Of a DNA stretch of 64,000 nucleotides, positions 60,916 to 64,000 are shown piece after piece. Origin of the DNA: Squalus acanthias (Eukaryota); assembly GCA_030390025.1 (NCBI GenBank), contig CM059432.1:101620001-101684000 (forward strand), given 5' to 3'. A model generated the notes under the pieces. It saw only the letters and a list, made by a program, of their open reading frames with translations, did no database searches and had not been told where the DNA came from. Within the stretch, counting starts at the first letter, position 1, and each line of letters opens with the position of its first letter. The position numbers and the translations under genes were made by a program.

Positions 60916-62867
60916 TTTCTACATTAAAAATGCTAAATAAATGCAAGTCAATGTTATTGTTAAACTGATGGTTTCTGAGAATCACAATAACTGAGATTTT
61001 TATTTTGTGTTTTTCTCTAAAGATATTGGCCCAGAATTTCCTTGTACTTTTCGGCACAACAATGGCCATGAGCTTTTTTTTCCTGAGGAAAATAAAATAA
61101 AATAAAACTTTGACAAGTTCAAAAAAGAAAAATAGGCCAGAAATTATTGTTGGTGATGATAATGGATGAATGTTTAATATGATATTCCTCTATCTGTAAA
61201 TTTAATGAATGGTGGTACACCATTTATTTAGATTTATTGAATTATGTACAACTTTAATTTCAGATGTAAAATTTCAGTAACCTTTCCAAAATGGTTTTTT
61301 TGTGAATTACAGTCGGCTGGAAAATGTACAAAGTAAAATGTCAAAAGTCCAAACTCTCTTTCAACACTTCCAACCCCCTTTCAGTAATTTCTAAATTCAC
61401 TGTCACTGCCAATTGTGCTTTTATGCACTTTGGATTTTTCACCTGTAATAAAAATGATCAAACTCTGGCTTAAATCATCACCTGTCCAAGTTCAGCTGCA
61501 CTTTCAGTGCAACCCCTCATCTTCATATATCATAAAGCCTATAGTCAGGGATATTTTTAAGCTGTCAACATTTCTGGGCCTGCGCCAGCTTTCTCGAAGC
61601 TGTTGGTCAGCTTTTGCTAGTTTACGAGGTTGGCTTGTATGGAGTTATATACTTCTCCCATGCATCCCCCTGAGTAGCAAATGAAGATGAAGCGAGAGTT
61701 CTTTGTAATTGCAGGTTCTCCCCAGTCACTGCCTCTGCTTAGTCTGCTGAGCACTCTCACTAAATTAAGTCATTTTCCATAATAGAAAAGTATTTCATTC
61801 TGGGAATATCCAGGTGGTATGTAATATGCACAGCGTGCTCACAGGTGCAGTAATGATCTTGGCTCTTACGGTCATGCCATCTTCTCACATTATTTCAGAT
61901 ACTGATTGTTCAGTGCAGCATTGATAGAATGGTTGACTTCTGGGCAAGTAGCTTTTTGTTTCCTGGAGCAGAGATAGTTTTTTTTGGCAGATATGAATGC
62001 TACATCTTAAAAGCAATATATAATAACTTTGGTGCTAAATACGCAAGCTCCTGGTGAGAGCCAATTTAATGACTTGCCTTTGGTCACACATTTCGGGAGA
62101 ATGAACATACTTTGCTGAAAATTAAATAGAAAATTTAACTTCATAGAAAAGTGCCTTGATCAGTCAAGATTTGAGAAGTACCTCTCAAAAATATGCTTTG
62201 CGCTGAGCATTGCGTATCTTTGTACCCGCTTGTGGGATACTGGAAGTGTATTGCAGTAAATAATAGTACAGCTCACCCCAAAATGTTTGCAATGAACAAT
62301 ATCAAATCATCTGCACATTATATTTGTGCCAAGCATATTCTGAATCACTTTTCCTTAGTTCCAATTCTATTCTGATTCTACAGCACAGATATGTATCTCT
62401 ATGATATGCTCCAGTGGCAGTGGGCCATCTATTTTTTTACATCATGTGGGAATGTGTCTTTCACTTTGATTGGGGCTCAACGGCAAGGAATAGGTTGATC
62501 AGATTCCTCTCTGATGCTTTGTTTCATTTCTAATCCTGCTGTACTTTTGTTACAGTGGTTCTATTATTTGAATGGGATTCATATTCCACATGCCACTGGA
62601 GTGGTGCAATTCAGGGAATACTAGCCTTCTGACAATTTGAGTGTGGTAACCACACAAGACCCATACAACCTTCCTATTCCCATGCTGTACATATCACCTC
62701 ATTTTGGGATTTACTTCCTCAGTTATTTGACAGACCCAACAAAAGATTAGACCAAGTTATTACAAGGAATGATTTTAAAAATGAATATTATCTCTGAAGC
62801 ATAGTTTGCAAATTTCTCTTCTACGTCATGCTCATATTCTGGCAAAAGGTCATCGACCTGAAACATT

Positions 62868-64000
62868 GGCTGCGATTTTATCAATGGAGGCGGGTTGGGT
62901 GCGGGTTCGATGATTGGCAGGTTCCGGTCCCGCCTCCGCTTTCAGCCGGTCAGAATTTGCGATTTTGAGTTAAGTGGCCTACTTAATGTGTCCATGCGCG
63001 CTACCCAGCCCAATTAGTGGGTTCGGGTCTGCTACTCGCCTCTGCTGACGTTTGTCAGCCAGCTGTATTTAAAGGGCCCTTGCAGCATTGTTTCATTTTC
63101 ATCCTTTTCTGCTGGTTCTCATTTGGAAATTATAGACATGACTGCTGCAAAAGCTAATGCCTCTCCCCGCTTTGATGATGACTCCCTCCATGCTCTTGTG
63201 GATGGAGTGAGAGGGCGCCAAGAGGTACTGTTCATCTCATCCGGACGGAGGAAACCTCCTCAGCAAAGCAAAGCAGCCTGGCAGATCTTTGTGTGCTCGC
63301 TCCTGGGTGCAGTGCAGAAAAAGGTTCAATGACCTGGTATGCTCAGGAAAAGTGAGTATAACATCACACTTACCTTCAATCTGCTCCCCATCTCCTCTCA
63401 TCACCAGCACTCTGCATTGTCAACCTACTCCTGCACATCTCACTTTAACCTTACATCCCTTGCACCCTTAACCATCCCTCTCTCTCTATGTACAGAATCA
63501 CTTCACCATTCTACTATGCACCCCTCACGCTGGTATGCAATACCAACAACTAACAACGCACAGGGAGGGCCCTTGGTATTGGCATCTCACTCCATCTTTA
63601 TCTCCCGCTAAGCATCTATGCTATGGATTCTCTACACTCACTCCATCATTCTCACTCAAACTCCACTTGTGTCTCTCATTGCAGGAAAAAAGAGCCCACA
63701 ATAAGAGGAAAGAGCCAGGACAGGAGGAGGGCCACCTTCCATTGCCCATCTGACCACTGCTGAGGAGGCTGCTCTGGAGATCATAGGAGGTGCCGAGGAT
63801 CTAGAAGTGAGGGACGGAGAGACGGGCGCAGTAGAACAAGCTGGTCACAGAATAGATTTGCATCCCTCTCATTTACATTGCATGAGTGACTAATATGGCA
63901 TCTGATGTTCATACAGATTGAGTTCTGATCATCTGCACAATTCAATGTGCATGAAACGTTAATATCACATGTCTAACTCATGCCTTTACTCCCCACAGGA
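62868..64000 (+). mobile_element. PIF/Harbinger transposon, left part with spliced Myb/SANT gene (runs off the window)
   Basis: The left end GGCTGCGATTTTATCAATGGAGGCGGGTTGGGTGCG is nearly identical to that at 24401. TATA-like TATTTAAAGGG precedes the gene. Confidence 0.8.
63138..63843 (+). pseudogene. Harbinger Myb/SANT-like DNA-binding protein, exon 1 (63138-63351) and exon 2 (63685-63843), frameshifted
   Basis: Exon 1: ASPRFDDDSLHALVDGVRGRQEVLF..AW..RSWVQCRKRFNDL, then donor GTGAGT. Exon 2 after TTGCAG: EKRAHN..RARTGGGPP..LTTAEEAALEIIG. Next acceptor CCCCACAG at 63998. Confidence 0.8.

Overview
A repeat-dominated, AT-rich vertebrate region. The repeat mix (CR1 and L2 LINEs, Deu-domain tRNA SINEs, many PIF/Harbinger elements, a Penelope-type palindrome) looks like a cartilaginous fish; this taxonomy is inference. 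I recognise no host gene exon, so it is probably intronic or intergenic. The main feature is a compact 4,420-bp Ty3/Gypsy LTR retrotransposon on the minus strand (34901-39320). It has identical 183-bp LTRs, a 5-bp AAGGG TSD and one intact 1318-aa gag-pol ORF. It lacks a tRNA primer-binding site. Instead, the 12 nt at the PBS position are perfectly complementary to its own LTR sequence around the poly(A) signal, suggesting self-priming and/or 5'-LTR poly(A) occlusion. Its RT active site reads YLDN rather than YxDD. Other points: a triple nest (Harbinger MITE in a solo LTR in an L2); three decayed Harbinger elements with spliced Myb/SANT genes; MITEs that fuse the two convergent Harbinger promoters; hammerhead-ribozyme-like remnants; and an unexplained 110-bp hairpin. 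Boundaries of old repeats are approximate because they were read by eye.
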